From an uncultured Acidobacteriota bacterium (GTDB lineage: Bacteria; Acidobacteriota; UBA6911), in assembly GCA_963843575.1 (NCBI GenBank), contig CAWJKZ010000021.1:256001-320000 (forward strand): DNA of 64,000 nt, given 5' to 3'. This document shows positions 1 through 9,972 of this stretch, piece by piece. The notes under the pieces are model-generated. The model searched no databases. It saw only the letters and a list, made by a program, of their open reading frames with translations, and had not been told where the DNA came from. How positions within the stretch are numbered: position 1 is the stretch's first letter; every line of letters begins with the position of its first letter. A program made the position numbers and the translations under genes.

Positions 1-1323
1 GGCCTTGTGGCCCAGGGTGAACGCGCTGAACACCATCGTCAGCACGCAGCAGATCACCATCGCGATGAATACCCCGTTCCAGCCCCATCCGTCGGCGATC
101 CAACCCACGCCCGTGCCGGAGATCGCGGAGCCGAACACGTAGCCGAAGAAGCCGGTGAAGCCCGCCGCGGTTCCCGCGGCCTTCTTGGGTGCAAGGTCGA
201 GCGCGTGCAGCCCGATGATCATGATCGGGCCGTAGATCAGGAAACCGATCGCGATCAGGGCCGCGTAATCGATCCATAGCGGGCCTTTCAGGTTGAACCA
301 ATAGACCACCACGGCCACCAGGGTCAGGCCCATGAACAGGATCGTGGCGGGGGCGCGCCTCCCCTTGAACCACTTGTCCGAAGTCCAGCCGCAGAAGATG
401 GTACCCGGGATGGCGGCGTACTCGTACAGGGACCAGGCGACGCTGGATTCCCGGAAGGAGAAGCCCTTGGCCGTTTCCAGGTAGGTCGGGATCCAGTTCA
501 CGACGCCGTAGCGGACGAAGTAAACGAATGCGTTGGCCACAGCGATCGCCCACAGGTACCGGTTGTTCAGAACGTGGCGGAAGAAGATCTCCCGGAACGA
601 CAGGATGCGCTCGTGGTCGGCCGAGTAGCCGGTGGGGAAATCGTCACGGTATTGCTCGACCGGAGGCAACCCGCACGACTGCGGGGTGTCCTTCATGAGG
701 AAAAATACGAGCACCGCGACGACCGCCGCGACCAGTGCGTTAAAATAAAACTTCGCACCCCAATCGTGGAAAATAGCGACGCCGGCCAGCGCCAGGTTGG
801 CCACCACGGCGCCTCCGACGTTGTGGGCCACGTTCCACACCGACACGGTCACGCCGCGCTCCTTCGTGCTGAACCAGTGCACCATCGACTTCCCGCAGGG
901 CGGCCAGCCCATTCCCTGGACCCACCCGTTGAGGGTCTGCAGCAGCACGAGGACGAAAAGGGACGTGTAGATGGCCTTGACGAACCCGCACGCAAAGACG
1001 ATTCCGCACGACAGCAGCAGCCCCAGCGGCAGGAAGTACTTCGGGTTGCTCTTGTCCGACACCGAGCCCATCAGGAACTTCGAAATGCCGTAGGCGATCG
1101 AAAGCCCCGTCAGGGCCATTCCCAACATGGCCTTCGAGTATTCCGGGTGCTCCCTGAGAATGTCCGGGATCGCCAGCGCGAGGTTGTTGCGGACCAGGTA
1201 GTACGCGGCATAGCCGAGGAATATGCCGGCGAAGACCTGCCGGCGCAGCCGCTTGTACTCCGGATCGATCCTGGACGCCGGAAGCGGTTCGGTGGCAGGT
1301 GCGGGCTTAAGCGGGCCAATCAT
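1..1323 (-). CDS. MFS organophosphate:Pi antiporter, GlpT/PgtP/UhpC family (3' end runs off window)
   Basis: Manual translation from ATG at 1323: MIGPLKPAPATEPLPASRIDPEYKRLRRQVFAGIFLGYAAYYLVRNNLALAIP...SKFLMGSVSDKSNPKYFLPLGL, typical of GlpT/PgtP. GGAGG RBS upstream. Not listed in the ORF track because the stop lies outside the window. Confidence 0.88.
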   Translation of the reverse strand, partial: MIGPLKPAPATEPLPASRIDPEYKRLRRQVFAGIFLGYAAYYLVRNNLALAIPDILREHPEYSKAMLGMALTGLSIAYGISKFLMGSVSDKSNPKYFLPLGLLLSCGIVFACGFVKAIYTSLFVLVLLQTLNGWVQGMGWPPCGKSMVHWFSTKERGVTVSVWNVAHNVGGAVVANLALAGVAIFHDWGAKFYFNALVAAVVAVLVFFLMKDTPQSCGLPPVEQYRDDFPTGYSADHERILSFREIFFRHVLNNRYLWAIAVANAFVYFVRYGVVNWIPTYLETAKGFSFRESSVAWSLYEYAAIPGTIFCGWTSDKWFKGRRAPATILFMGLTLVAVVVYWFNLKGPLWIDYAALIAIGFLIYGPIMIIGLHALDLAPKKAAGTAAGFTGFFGYVFGSAISGTGVGWIADGWGWNGVFIAMVICCVLTMVFSAFTLGHKA

Positions 1324-1490
1324 CGATTCCTCCACGTCTCTGCGCAGTGGCCGCGATCTTAACTCCAACGGGGCGCCGGGACCATGCGGATAATCGCCGG
1401 ATTGACCCCGGATGTCACTGCCCGCCGGCAGGATATAGCCGGCAGGCCGCACGGTGCGGCCTCAATCCGAAGCGGAGAATTGAACACGGC

Positions 1491-1778
1491 ATGAAAACCA
1501 TCACGGACACACTCGCAGGTGCCCGCATCGGGGAGCCGGCCTCGTTTCGCAGCCTGACCCGGCGGCCACCGTCGGTCGCCGACGCGGCCAGGTTCCTGGT
1601 GCGGATCAACCGGGCCAGGTCGAGGCAAACCGCGGCGCTGGGCGAGGGAGAGGACGTCCGGTTGTCCGGACGCGCCCTTCACGGCGCCGCCCTGGTGAAA
1701 GATACGTCCGTCGTCCACCTCGCCGTCTTCGCCGCGGGTAAGCCCCGGCAGGCGTGGCGCCCTTCGAGCGCCTCATGA
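1491..1778 (+). pseudogene. Internally deleted ARPP-1/DUF6569-like remnant (95 aa)
   Basis: N-terminus MKTITDTLAGARIGEPASFRSLT is joined directly to a C-terminal-type segment ALGEGEDVRLSGRALHGAALVKDTSVVHLAVF. Both resemble the two ends of ~300-aa ARPP-1 family proteins, as recalled. Confidence 0.5.
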
Positions 1779-1932
1779 CGGTTCTTCCGCCCCGCGCGCG
1801 ACGGTGTTAGACTGCCCCCTGTTGCGCAACCAGAGATTTGCCCCCGGGCGCAGGTCTCAAGGCGGACTTCAGCCCGCGTCACCGGCACGCCTCGCGCCCT
1901 TTCCTGTACTCTCGAATCAACGGAGGGCCGTC

Positions 1933-2880
1933 ATGCATACGAACAATGACCCGGTGTCGCGCCGGAATTTCCTGATATCGGCAGCCGGCGCGGGGGCCGG
2001 GCTGGCCCTGGCCGGCGCGGCGCACCCGCAGGGTGAAGCGTCGCCGGCCCTGCCTCGCGTGAGCTTCGGCAAGACGCAGATCACACGCCTCCTCGTCGGC
2101 TCGAACCCGTTCTACGGGTATTCGCATTTCAACACCCTGCTCGACAGCCACATGCGCGAGTGGATGACCCAGGACCACAAGATGGACGTGCTGCACCGGT
2201 GCCAGAGTGCTGGCATCAACACCTGGCAACTCCACTTCAACGACCAGCCCGTCGAGGATTTCAAACGCTACCGCCGCGAGGGGGGGACGATGAACCTGGT
2301 CCTGCTCGCGGATTTCGCCCTGATGCAAAATCCGGGGCTGATGCCCACGGTGGTCAAAGAAATGGCCCCGCTCGGGATCGGGCACCACGGCAACCGCACC
2401 GACGAGCGGTTTCGCAGCGGCGAGACGGGGAAGGTGCGCGATTTTCTCAAGGCCGTGCGGGACAGCGGCGTGATGGTCGGCCTGTCCACCCACAACCCTC
2501 ACGTCATCGAGGAGGTGGAGAGCCAGGACTGGGACATCGACTACTACATGACCTGTCTCTACCGGGTGTCGAGGACCCGCGACGAGATGCGCAAGGAGCT
2601 TGGGGGAGAGGCGCCGCTGGGAGAAGCTTTTTTCGAGAAGGACCCGGAGCGCATGTGCAAGGTCGTCCGCCAGACCCGGCGCCCATGCCTGGCGTTCAAG
2701 GTGCTCGGGGCCGGGCGCAACATCGGCTCGAGCGGTGCGCTCGAGGCTGCTTTCCGTTTCGCGCTCACGCACATCAAGCCCACGGACGCCGTCATCGTGG
2801 GGATGTTCCCCCGGTTCAAAGACGAGGTGCGGGAAAATGTTGCGCTTGTGAGCCGCATCCTCTCGGAGCCGCAGGTCTGA
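1933..2880 (+). CDS. Tat-exported aldo/keto-reductase-like TIM-barrel protein
   Basis: SRRNFL twin-arginine signal; LPRVSFGKTQITRLLVGSNPF N-terminus; CLAFKVLGAGR motif; GGAGG RBS before ATG 1933. Confidence 0.7.
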   Translation: MHTNNDPVSRRNFLISAAGAGAGLALAGAAHPQGEASPALPRVSFGKTQITRLLVGSNPFYGYSHFNTLLDSHMREWMTQDHKMDVLHRCQSAGINTWQLHFNDQPVEDFKRYRREGGTMNLVLLADFALMQNPGLMPTVVKEMAPLGIGHHGNRTDERFRSGETGKVRDFLKAVRDSGVMVGLSTHNPHVIEEVESQDWDIDYYMTCLYRVSRTRDEMRKELGGEAPLGEAFFEKDPERMCKVVRQTRRPCLAFKVLGAGRNIGSSGALEAAFRFALTHIKPTDAVIVGMFPRFKDEVRENVALVSRILSEPQV

Positions 2881-2920
2881 GTTCCGTCGCCTCGGGGCGG
2901 CCTTTTTTCGGGAGGAACCG

Positions 2921-3334
2921 ATGCACAGGGTCATGACGGTCGAAACCGTTTCGGGGCGCCAGGTGGTCTCCACGGGGACGCGCTGGGAACCCGTTATCGG
3001 ATACAGCCGCGCGGTCCGGGCCGGTGACTGGATTGCCGTGACCGGGACAATCGGACTGAGGCCCGATGGGACGTGTCCGCCGACCGCCGAAGAGCAGATG
3101 CGCCACGCCATGGAAACCATCGTCGCGGCCGTCGAGGCGCTCGGGGGGAAACGGACCGACATCCTGCGCACCCGGATCTTCGTGACCGACATCGGCATGT
3201 GGCAGGAGATCGGGCGGGTGCACGCCCAGTTCCTTGGAGACGTCAGGCCGGCGACGACAATGGTGCAGATCGGGGCCCTGGCGGACCCTGCTGCCGTGCT
3301 GGAAGTCGAAGCGGACGCGGTCGTCCCCCGCTAA
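2921..3334 (+). CDS. RidA/YjgF/UK114 family protein
   Basis: WEPVIGYSRAVRAG, RPATTMV and EVEADA motifs. Confidence 0.9.
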   Translation: MHRVMTVETVSGRQVVSTGTRWEPVIGYSRAVRAGDWIAVTGTIGLRPDGTCPPTAEEQMRHAMETIVAAVEALGGKRTDILRTRIFVTDIGMWQEIGRVHAQFLGDVRPATTMVQIGALADPAAVLEVEADAVVPR

Positions 3335-3355
3335 CCCCTCCGCCTTGGGATTCAC

Positions 3356-4441
3356 ATGAGAAATCTGCGCTGTGTCCTGCTCCTTTCCGCGGTACTGGTA
3401 TGCACGGCCGCCGCCGTCGGCGGATCGCGCCCGGTTCACACCTTCTCGATCGTCGCCCGTGACGCCGCCACCGGCCAGCTCGGGGTCGCCGTGCAGTCGC
3501 ACTGGTTCGCGGTAGGCTCGGCTGTCCCGTGGGCCGAGCCGGGCGTCGGGGCGGTCGCCACGCAATCGTTCGTGGACCCGAGCTATGGCCCGCTGGGGCT
3601 GGACTTGATGAGGGCGGGGAAGAGCGCGCCCGAGGCGCTGAAGGCCCTGCTGAACTCCGATCCCGGCAGCGACGTGCGCCAGGTCGCCATGATCGATGCG
3701 CAGGGTCGCGTGGCCGTCTGGACGGGCGGAAGGGACATCCAGGCCGCAGGGCACATCGCCGGCGCTCCTTCCTCCGACCTGCCGGCCAGCGGCGTCAGCG
3801 CCTCGAACCCGAACGCGACCGGCACCCTGAGCGTCGGCGCCGGTTTTTCGGTGCAGGCCAACCTGATGCTGAACGACAAGGTGTGGCCGGCGATGGCGAA
3901 CGTTTTCCGGTCGACCCGGGGCGACCTCGCCGATCGGATGTTGGCAGCGCTCGACGCCGCTCAGTCGGCGGGCGGGGATGCCCGCGGCAGGCAATCGGCG
4001 GCCCTGATCGTCGTCGACGGCAACCGCAAGGCAAGGGCGTCGGAACGCATCTTCGACGTTCGCGTGGACGATCACGCCGAGCCGCTCCTCGAACTGCGGC
4101 GCCTCGTGGCGCTGCAGCGCGCCTACAACCACATGAATGCAGGGGACGCCGCGGTCGAACGCAAGGACAACGCAGCCGCCCTGATCGCCTACGGCGAAGC
4201 CGAGCGGATCGCGTCGGCGACCCCCGGGGTGCCCCCGAGCCGGCTCGCCGAGATGGTCTACTGGCACGCCGTCGCGCTGGTGAATATGAAACGTGTGGAC
4301 GAGGCGCTCCCCCTGTTTCGCAAGGCGTTCGCGCTGGAGAGGAACTGGGCGGAGTTAACCCGACGGCTGCCGGGGGCCAGCCTCCTGCCCGACGATCCGG
4401 AACTCATCGAGCGCATCACCGGGCAGGCAAATCCCCGCTGA
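3356..4441 (+). CDS. DUF1028 (Ntn-hydrolase-like) protein with C-terminal TPR-like helices, secreted
   Basis: Signal peptide followed by HTFSIVARD, GAVATQS and GGDARGRQSAAL motifs. Confidence 0.85.
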   Translation: MRNLRCVLLLSAVLVCTAAAVGGSRPVHTFSIVARDAATGQLGVAVQSHWFAVGSAVPWAEPGVGAVATQSFVDPSYGPLGLDLMRAGKSAPEALKALLNSDPGSDVRQVAMIDAQGRVAVWTGGRDIQAAGHIAGAPSSDLPASGVSASNPNATGTLSVGAGFSVQANLMLNDKVWPAMANVFRSTRGDLADRMLAALDAAQSAGGDARGRQSAALIVVDGNRKARASERIFDVRVDDHAEPLLELRRLVALQRAYNHMNAGDAAVERKDNAAALIAYGEAERIASATPGVPPSRLAEMVYWHAVALVNMKRVDEALPLFRKAFALERNWAELTRRLPGASLLPDDPELIERITGQANPR

Positions 4442-4504
4442 GCGGAAGGCGTTCGCCCGCCCCAAAACCACGTGAAGCCGGCCCCCGCTTGATTATCGGG
4501 CCCG

Positions 4505-4825
4505 CTACTTGTCCGTTCTGAAATCCACCCGGCGCGCGACCAAGTTGTCCTTCTGGGCTGCGTCGACGAGACAGATGACCCTTCGGCCCTCTTTCAGGTC
4601 CTGCGCCGAAGCACCCGGCTTGTTGCGGGTCGTGAACACCGTCTGAGCGTCGAAGGACATAGGGATCTTGAGATTGTCCTTCTGGATGGTGAACGTGGAC
4701 TTGTCGTGGCTTACCAGGATTATGGTTCCGCTGTAGCGGATCCTCTTCTCCCCCTGGGCAAAGACCGGCGCGGCCAATGTCACCACCAGCGCCATTACAA
4801 GGCACAATCCGATCAAGCGTCGCAT
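4505..4825 (-). CDS. Small secreted OB-fold/DUF5666-like protein
   Basis: ATG 4825 after AAGGAG RBS; signal peptide MRRLIGLCLVMALVVTLAAPVFA; DLKEGRRVIC...LVARRV pattern. Confidence 0.6.
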   Translation of the reverse strand: MRRLIGLCLVMALVVTLAAPVFAQGEKRIRYSGTIILVSHDKSTFTIQKDNLKIPMSFDAQTVFTTRNKPGASAQDLKEGRRVICLVDAAQKDNLVARRVDFRTDK

Positions 4826-5118
4826 TCCGTGTCTCCTTTCGATTTCAATCCAGATCGTTGGTTGCCGAGGCAACTCGATGGTGCTCGACGAATCCTCTTT
4901 CGTCGGAACGGACCGCCCGGGAAGACCGACCACCCCGATCGGCGCCCCGGGAATTTGGTACCGTTTATACAACAAAATACGCATCTTTGTTCGGGAATGT
5001 TGCACTCGGCGCGCCGACAGGGGTCGGGTATCATAATGTCAGCGGTTCCTAACGGCCCCCCCGCCGGGCGCTCGTCTGCCGGCATCGTTGTCTGTCTGGA
5101 TTCACTCAACTAGGGAGG

Positions 5119-5505
5119 ATGCAAATGAAAACAGTGTATTGCCTTTGCCTCGCAGTCTGTCTGCTGTTCACGCTTTCCGTGTTCGCTCAGGGCGGCGACC
5201 CGCTGAGCGGCACCTGGGCCGGTGATTGGGGGCCGAGCGCGAACGACCGCAACCAGGTCACCGTCGAGCTGAAATGGGACGGCAGTACCTTGAAGGGAAC
5301 GGTCAATCCCGGAGCGAACGCGGTCGAGCTCAAGAACGCGACCTTCGACGCCAAAACCGGGGCGGTCCACTTCGAAGCCGACGCCAAGAACCGCAGGGGT
5401 GACCCGATCCACTACGTCATCGACGGCAAGGTCGCTCAGGGCACCATGAGCGGCAGCTGGGGCCACGACAACCGGAAGGGAGATTTCAAGATCACCAAGC
5501 AGTAG
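5119..5505 (+). CDS. Secreted beta-rich hypothetical protein
   Basis: GGGAGG RBS, signal peptide, LSGTWAGDW...MSGSW...GDFKITKQ. Confidence 0.7.
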   Translation: MQMKTVYCLCLAVCLLFTLSVFAQGGDPLSGTWAGDWGPSANDRNQVTVELKWDGSTLKGTVNPGANAVELKNATFDAKTGAVHFEADAKNRRGDPIHYVIDGKVAQGTMSGSWGHDNRKGDFKITKQ

Positions 5506-5674
5506 TTCGAGCCGCACGGGTTCGGGTTTGATGCCCCATCTTCGTGCCGCACGAGGTTTCACCAGTTGGTGTGGTTTCCGGCGCCGCATTTTCCGCCCGG
5601 CATGGCGGAGTGCCGTGAAACGTGGGATCGCGCTCCGGAACGCGCCTTGCAGGAGGTGCGCTGCGGAGGTAACC

Positions 5675-6145
5675 ATGAAAACCCGAACGATCGTCGGTGG
5701 AGTGCTCTTGCTGATCCTGACGGGGACGGCGCCCGCGTTTACACAGGCGGCGCCGCAGCCGAGGGAGCCATATAAGTATCGCGTGATATTGTCGGCGGCC
5801 GGGGCGGGCGGCGGCTTCGCCTTGGGGGTCTGTGCGGGCCTGGCCGCGTTCGACGACGCGCCCTACGCCAACAGGAAGGTGTGGACGGCCGCCCTGGTTT
5901 CGGCCGCGGCCGGGGCCGTGGGAGGCTATTTCATCGGCCGCGCCGTGGACAAGTCCGCGGGCAAAACGAGCGTCCCGCCAAATGCCGCTCCGTGGAGGGC
6001 GGACTCGCTCGAGCGCAGCCTCGCGCGTGCGAGACTGCGGCTGCTGGCGGGTCAGGGGGCAAGCGACGGCGTTTTCCGCGCCGGGACCCGTTCGGCTGCG
6101 GGTACGGTCGACATTCGGATGAACGGCGGGGGCGCGATATGGTAG
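5675..6145 (+). CDS. Hypothetical exported/membrane protein with glycine-zipper segments
   Basis: GGAGG RBS before ATG 5675; hydrophobic N-terminus; AAGAGGGFALG and AAAGAVGGY segments. Confidence 0.6.
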   Translation: MKTRTIVGGVLLLILTGTAPAFTQAAPQPREPYKYRVILSAAGAGGGFALGVCAGLAAFDDAPYANRKVWTAALVSAAAGAVGGYFIGRAVDKSAGKTSVPPNAAPWRADSLERSLARARLRLLAGQGASDGVFRAGTRSAAGTVDIRMNGGGAIW

Positions 6146-6184
6146 GTTTCCGATAGACGAGACACGAGGGGAAGGGAGCTGACA

Positions 6185-7084
6185 ATGTATCACCTGTCAC
6201 GACGCGATTTTCTCAAGGGGACGGTGGCGGCGGGCGTCGCCGCCGGCACGGGCCGCCTGACGCCGCCGGTCTGCGCCGCCAGGCGTTCTGCCGTCGACTG
6301 GGTCACGCTCGGCAACTCGGGCGTGAAGGTCACCCGGCTCGCCTTCGGCACCGGGACGTTCGGCGGTCGCGTGCAACGCGAGCTGGGTCAGGAGCAGTTC
6401 ACCCGGCTCGTCCGACACGCCTACGACCGTGGCATCCGCTTTTTCGAGTCCGCCGAAGCGTACACCGGCATGCACGGCATGCTGGCGCAGGCTCTCAAGG
6501 GTATACCGCGCGATTCTTACCGTCTCATGACCAAGTACCGCCTGCGCGAAACGGAAGACCCGAAGGCCACCATCGACCGGTTCCGCAAGGAGCTCGACTC
6601 CGAATACCTGGACATCCTGCTGATGCACTGTGTGCGCACCCCGGACTGGCCCGAGCAGTTCAAGCGGTTGCGCGACGAGTTCTCCGAAGCCAAGCAGAAG
6701 AAGATCGTGCTCGCGCACGGTGCGTCCTGCCACGGGCTTCTGCCGCTCCGGGCTTTCCCGCGCAATACGGGCTGGCTGGACGTGGCCCTCCTGAGGATCA
6801 ACCACCAGGGCGCCCGGATGGACACGCTCAAGCAGGTCGACACCAATGACCTGGGCGACGTGGGCGAGGTGACCACGCACCTCAAGTCCATTCACGCCAA
6901 GGGGACCGGCATCATCGGGATGAAGATCATGGGCGAAAGCCAGTTCAAGACGCCGGAGCAGCGCGACGCGTCCGTCAAGTTCGTCGTGGGACTGGGGACG
7001 GTGGACGCCGTCACGATCGGTTACAAAAGCACCGCCGAGGTCGACGAGGCGATCGAGCGCATCGACGCGCACCTGAACGCCTGA
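6185..7084 (+). CDS. Tat-signal aldo/keto reductase family protein
   Basis: SRRDFLK signal; LGNSGVKVTRLAFGTG; LDSEYLDILLMH; GIIGMK. Confidence 0.85.
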   Translation: MYHLSRRDFLKGTVAAGVAAGTGRLTPPVCAARRSAVDWVTLGNSGVKVTRLAFGTGTFGGRVQRELGQEQFTRLVRHAYDRGIRFFESAEAYTGMHGMLAQALKGIPRDSYRLMTKYRLRETEDPKATIDRFRKELDSEYLDILLMHCVRTPDWPEQFKRLRDEFSEAKQKKIVLAHGASCHGLLPLRAFPRNTGWLDVALLRINHQGARMDTLKQVDTNDLGDVGEVTTHLKSIHAKGTGIIGMKIMGESQFKTPEQRDASVKFVVGLGTVDAVTIGYKSTAEVDEAIERIDAHLNA

Positions 7085-7169
7085 GCCCGCGGGGCGATGG
7101 TCCCGCGCGGGTCGCTGCGACGGGCGCCGGGGGCACAAATACTGCAGAGACGACTACCGCACCCGGGTT

Positions 7170-7436
7170 TCAGGCGCGTAGGTGGACGTCTGTGACTGCG
7201 GAGCGTATCTCGGCGCGCAGGCCATATTGGATGGTGAAATCGTACGTCGACCGGATGAGCTGCAGCTCGTCGAATGCCATGACTTCCGTCGAGCAGTCAC
7301 CGGCTTTGAGCAGGAGTGAGAGCTTGCCCACGTCCGCCGCACCCCACTCGATGCTCCCGTCCATGCCGAGCTCTCGGGCGACGGCCTCAGCGGTGCGGTG
7401 CGCCCACTCTTTTCCGTTCTCCAGTTCCGTGGCCAT
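7170..7436 (-). CDS. Hypothetical protein (88 aa)
   Basis: ATG 7436 with GGAGG RBS; sequence MATELENGKEWAHRTAEAVARELG is not low-complexity. Confidence 0.5.
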   Translation of the reverse strand: MATELENGKEWAHRTAEAVARELGMDGSIEWGAADVGKLSLLLKAGDCSTEVMAFDELQLIRSTYDFTIQYGLRAEIRSAVTDVHLRA

Positions 7437-7608
7437 ACATCCTCCAAAGACCATTTCGGAATGGTGTGATTCTACTGCAAAACTGTCCAACCCGGGCACA
7501 TTTTTCCACGGTTAAACGAAGAGTGGGGGCTGCGGCTCGGGCAGCTGACGGACGCGGTTTGACTTGAGCTCCGCCCGGGCCTATCATCCGCCCATCGGGA
7601 GGAGGCGT

Positions 7609-8094
7609 ATGACCAACCTCGGATTCTGTGTTGAACGCAGGAAGGCCGAGCAACCCGCTTTCCTGCGAGTGCTCAAGGCGGTCCCCCAAGATCGATCCGG
7701 CTATCGCCCGGATCCCAAGGCGCGGACGGCGGCGGAACTGGCGTGGGTACTGGCCATGGAAGAGGCGGCCCTGCTCCGCCTGATCGATCAGGGAGTCGTC
7801 GAGTGGAAGGATCCCGGGCCGCCGGAGCGCTTGGAAACGACCGTCGCCGGTTTCGAGCGCGATTCGGCCGAGGTCAACTCGCGGCTGGAGCGCCTGGACG
7901 CGGCCTCGTGGGAGAAGAAGGTGCGTCTCCTCACGGGCGACGGCGGCACCTGGGAGGACTCACTCTCCAACATGGTTTGGGGTTTCCTCTTCGACGCCAT
8001 CCACCATCGCGGACAACTCAGCACTTATCTGCGGCCCATGGGGGGAAAGGTGCCGTCGATCTACGGCCCGTCGGCCGACGATCCTGGCCATTAG
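7609..8094 (+). CDS. DinB/YfiT family protein
   Basis: YRPDPKARTAAELAW and HHRGQLSTYLRPMGGKVPSIYGP motifs; GGAGG RBS. Confidence 0.9.
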   Translation: MTNLGFCVERRKAEQPAFLRVLKAVPQDRSGYRPDPKARTAAELAWVLAMEEAALLRLIDQGVVEWKDPGPPERLETTVAGFERDSAEVNSRLERLDAASWEKKVRLLTGDGGTWEDSLSNMVWGFLFDAIHHRGQLSTYLRPMGGKVPSIYGPSADDPGH

Positions 8095-8131
8095 TCCCGC
8101 AGAGCCGGCCCGGTAGGAAAAATGGTCGCGG

Positions 8132-8908
8132 TCACGTGCGCCGCCCGCGGGTGGCCTTAAGCAGTGCCGCGCGGTCCACCTCGCCGAAGCGCTCGATCGC
8201 GTAGCGCACCGCCGTGCGCGGAATGGCGGGGCCGTGTGCGAGCAGGAACCGTTTCAGCCGGGGCGCGTCCGTCTTGCCGGCTTCCCGCAACAGCCAGCCC
8301 GTTGCCTTGTGCATCAGGTCCTCACCGTCGCCGAAGTGATCGCGTGCGAGGCGATATGCCAAGTCGAGGCGCAAGCCGCGCCGGGCGATAGGGACAAGGG
8401 AGACCAGGGCCGCCCGCCTGTGCCACAGGGACGCGGAGGCGGACCAGTCGACAAGCCTCGGCTCCGATTCGGGGCTTGATTCCAGGAGCGGGCTGAGCAC
8501 GGCGCCGCAAAGGAGGTCGACCAGGGCCCAGTTGTCCAGACGGCGCCCGAGCCAGCGGTCCGCGTGGCCCAGCACCTCCGGCGCCAGTTTCTTCCGAAAC
8601 GCAGCCAGGGCGAGGATCCCGGCGCTGCGCGACTCCAGTTCCGGCTCCCGCAGCAGCAGGTCGCAGAGCTTGATCGCTTCACGGAGGTTCCACGCGCTCC
8701 GGACGCCCTGGACACGCTGCCGCACGAAGGCGCGGAGCGCCGCGGATCTGATCCCCAGGGCCGTAATCTCATTTTTAAAGTATTGTTGTGCGCCCCGAGC
8801 GCGTACAGGATCCCCCATGAGCCGCAAACCGGCGATGATCCCGGAGGCCATCGCCTCTGGTGCCGGGTCCAAAGCCCTCCCCCGTCCCTTGCCCGCCGCC
8901 TTGTGCAT
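8132..8908 (-). CDS. DNA alkylation repair protein, AlkD-like HEAT repeat
   Basis: LDNWALVD, WHRRAALV, DLMHKATGWLLREAGK and RTAVRYAIE motifs. The true start is likely ATG 8908, inside the longer listed ORF. Confidence 0.88.
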   Translation of the reverse strand: MHKAAGKGRGRALDPAPEAMASGIIAGLRLMGDPVRARGAQQYFKNEITALGIRSAALRAFVRQRVQGVRSAWNLREAIKLCDLLLREPELESRSAGILALAAFRKKLAPEVLGHADRWLGRRLDNWALVDLLCGAVLSPLLESSPESEPRLVDWSASASLWHRRAALVSLVPIARRGLRLDLAYRLARDHFGDGEDLMHKATGWLLREAGKTDAPRLKRFLLAHGPAIPRTAVRYAIERFGEVDRAALLKATRGRRT

Positions 8909-9004
8909 GGCCCCTCCCGATTGAAATAGACCGTGCCGTCGATCCCGCGTTATATACTTGTGCGGATTATAGGATCTCCGTCCAACACAATGCAGGAGGA
9001 AGTC

Positions 9005-9685
9005 ATGATCAGCTTTGCCGCGCGTTTCGCGTGCCTGGTGTTCGCTCTGGTGACCCAAGCGACTCCGCAGATCCCGCCCGGCTTTGTCACGCTGTTCAAC
9101 GGGGTCGACCTGAAAGGCTGGCACATCAGCGAAGTGAATCACCACGGCAACAGCCACGGCTGGACGGTGGAAAACGGCGTCCTGCTGGCCACGCAGGACA
9201 AGGCCGGCAACGGCGGGATCCTGCTCACCGACCGGAAGTACGGGAACTTCGAGATATACCTCGAGGTCAAACCCGACTGGGGCTGCGACGGCGGGCTCTT
9301 CCTCCGTTCCAATGAAAAAGGCGAAGCCTACCAGGTGATGATCGATTACCTCGATCGGGGCACGGTGGGCGGCATCTACGGGGAGGGGCTGGCCGACCTG
9401 TCGAAAACCGGCACCGGGGAGATGTCGGGTGCCGGGTGGGAGAAGGCGTGGCGCAAAGGGGAGTGGAACACCCTGCGCGCCCGCATCGAGGGGAATGTCC
9501 CGCACATCCAGGTCTGGATCAACGACACCAAGCTCGTCGACTGGACCGACAGCACCAACCACGCGGTGGGGGGCGCCGTCGACGGCATGATCGCGCTCCA
9601 GATGCACTTCTCCAACACTCTGACCCCCCGGTGGAAACCCGGTGGATTCCACCGTTTCCGCAACATCGCCATCCGGGAATTCTGA
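9005..9685 (+). CDS. DUF1080 / 3-keto-disaccharide hydrolase family, secreted
   Basis: LFNGVDLKGW, YGNFEIYLEVK, GEWNTL, IALQMH and FRNIAIRE motifs; AGGAGG RBS. Confidence 0.9.
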   Translation: MISFAARFACLVFALVTQATPQIPPGFVTLFNGVDLKGWHISEVNHHGNSHGWTVENGVLLATQDKAGNGGILLTDRKYGNFEIYLEVKPDWGCDGGLFLRSNEKGEAYQVMIDYLDRGTVGGIYGEGLADLSKTGTGEMSGAGWEKAWRKGEWNTLRARIEGNVPHIQVWINDTKLVDWTDSTNHAVGGAVDGMIALQMHFSNTLTPRWKPGGFHRFRNIAIREF

Positions 9686-9726
9686 CCTCAGGCGGGTCCG
9701 GGCTGAAGAGGCTGGAACTGAAGTAA

Positions 9727-9890
9727 TTTGGAGTGCGGCGCCTCGGCGGCCTCGGCGCCGCTTTCACTCGTCCTACGGCAGAAATGCTCGGCGCCTCGGC
9801 GCCACGCCGAATTGCGAGATGCGACCCGGCGACCTCGGCCATTGGTGGCGCCGAGGCGCCGCCACCAAAGCGGCGTCGAGCCGCCGCACT
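9727..9890. repeat. GC-rich intergenic palindromic element (REP/MITE-like family B)
   Basis: Termini AGTGCGGCG...CGCCGCACT with internal GGCGCCTCGGCGCC/GGCGCCGAGGCGCC arms; related copy at ~49012-49107. Confidence 0.6.
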
Positions 9891-9972
9891 TCACAATCAA
9901 CCGTTGGAATAAGTAGCGCGAAGTTTTTCGTTTTGCCGTATTCTTGCCGCGAACGATCTGGAGGGTAAGTCC

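Noticed and set aside
4978-5003. GCAAC-N17-CGTA (minus strand) as another member of the island ECF regulon
   Set aside because: Different -35 and a spacer 2 nt longer. It may serve another ECF but cannot be assigned to this one.
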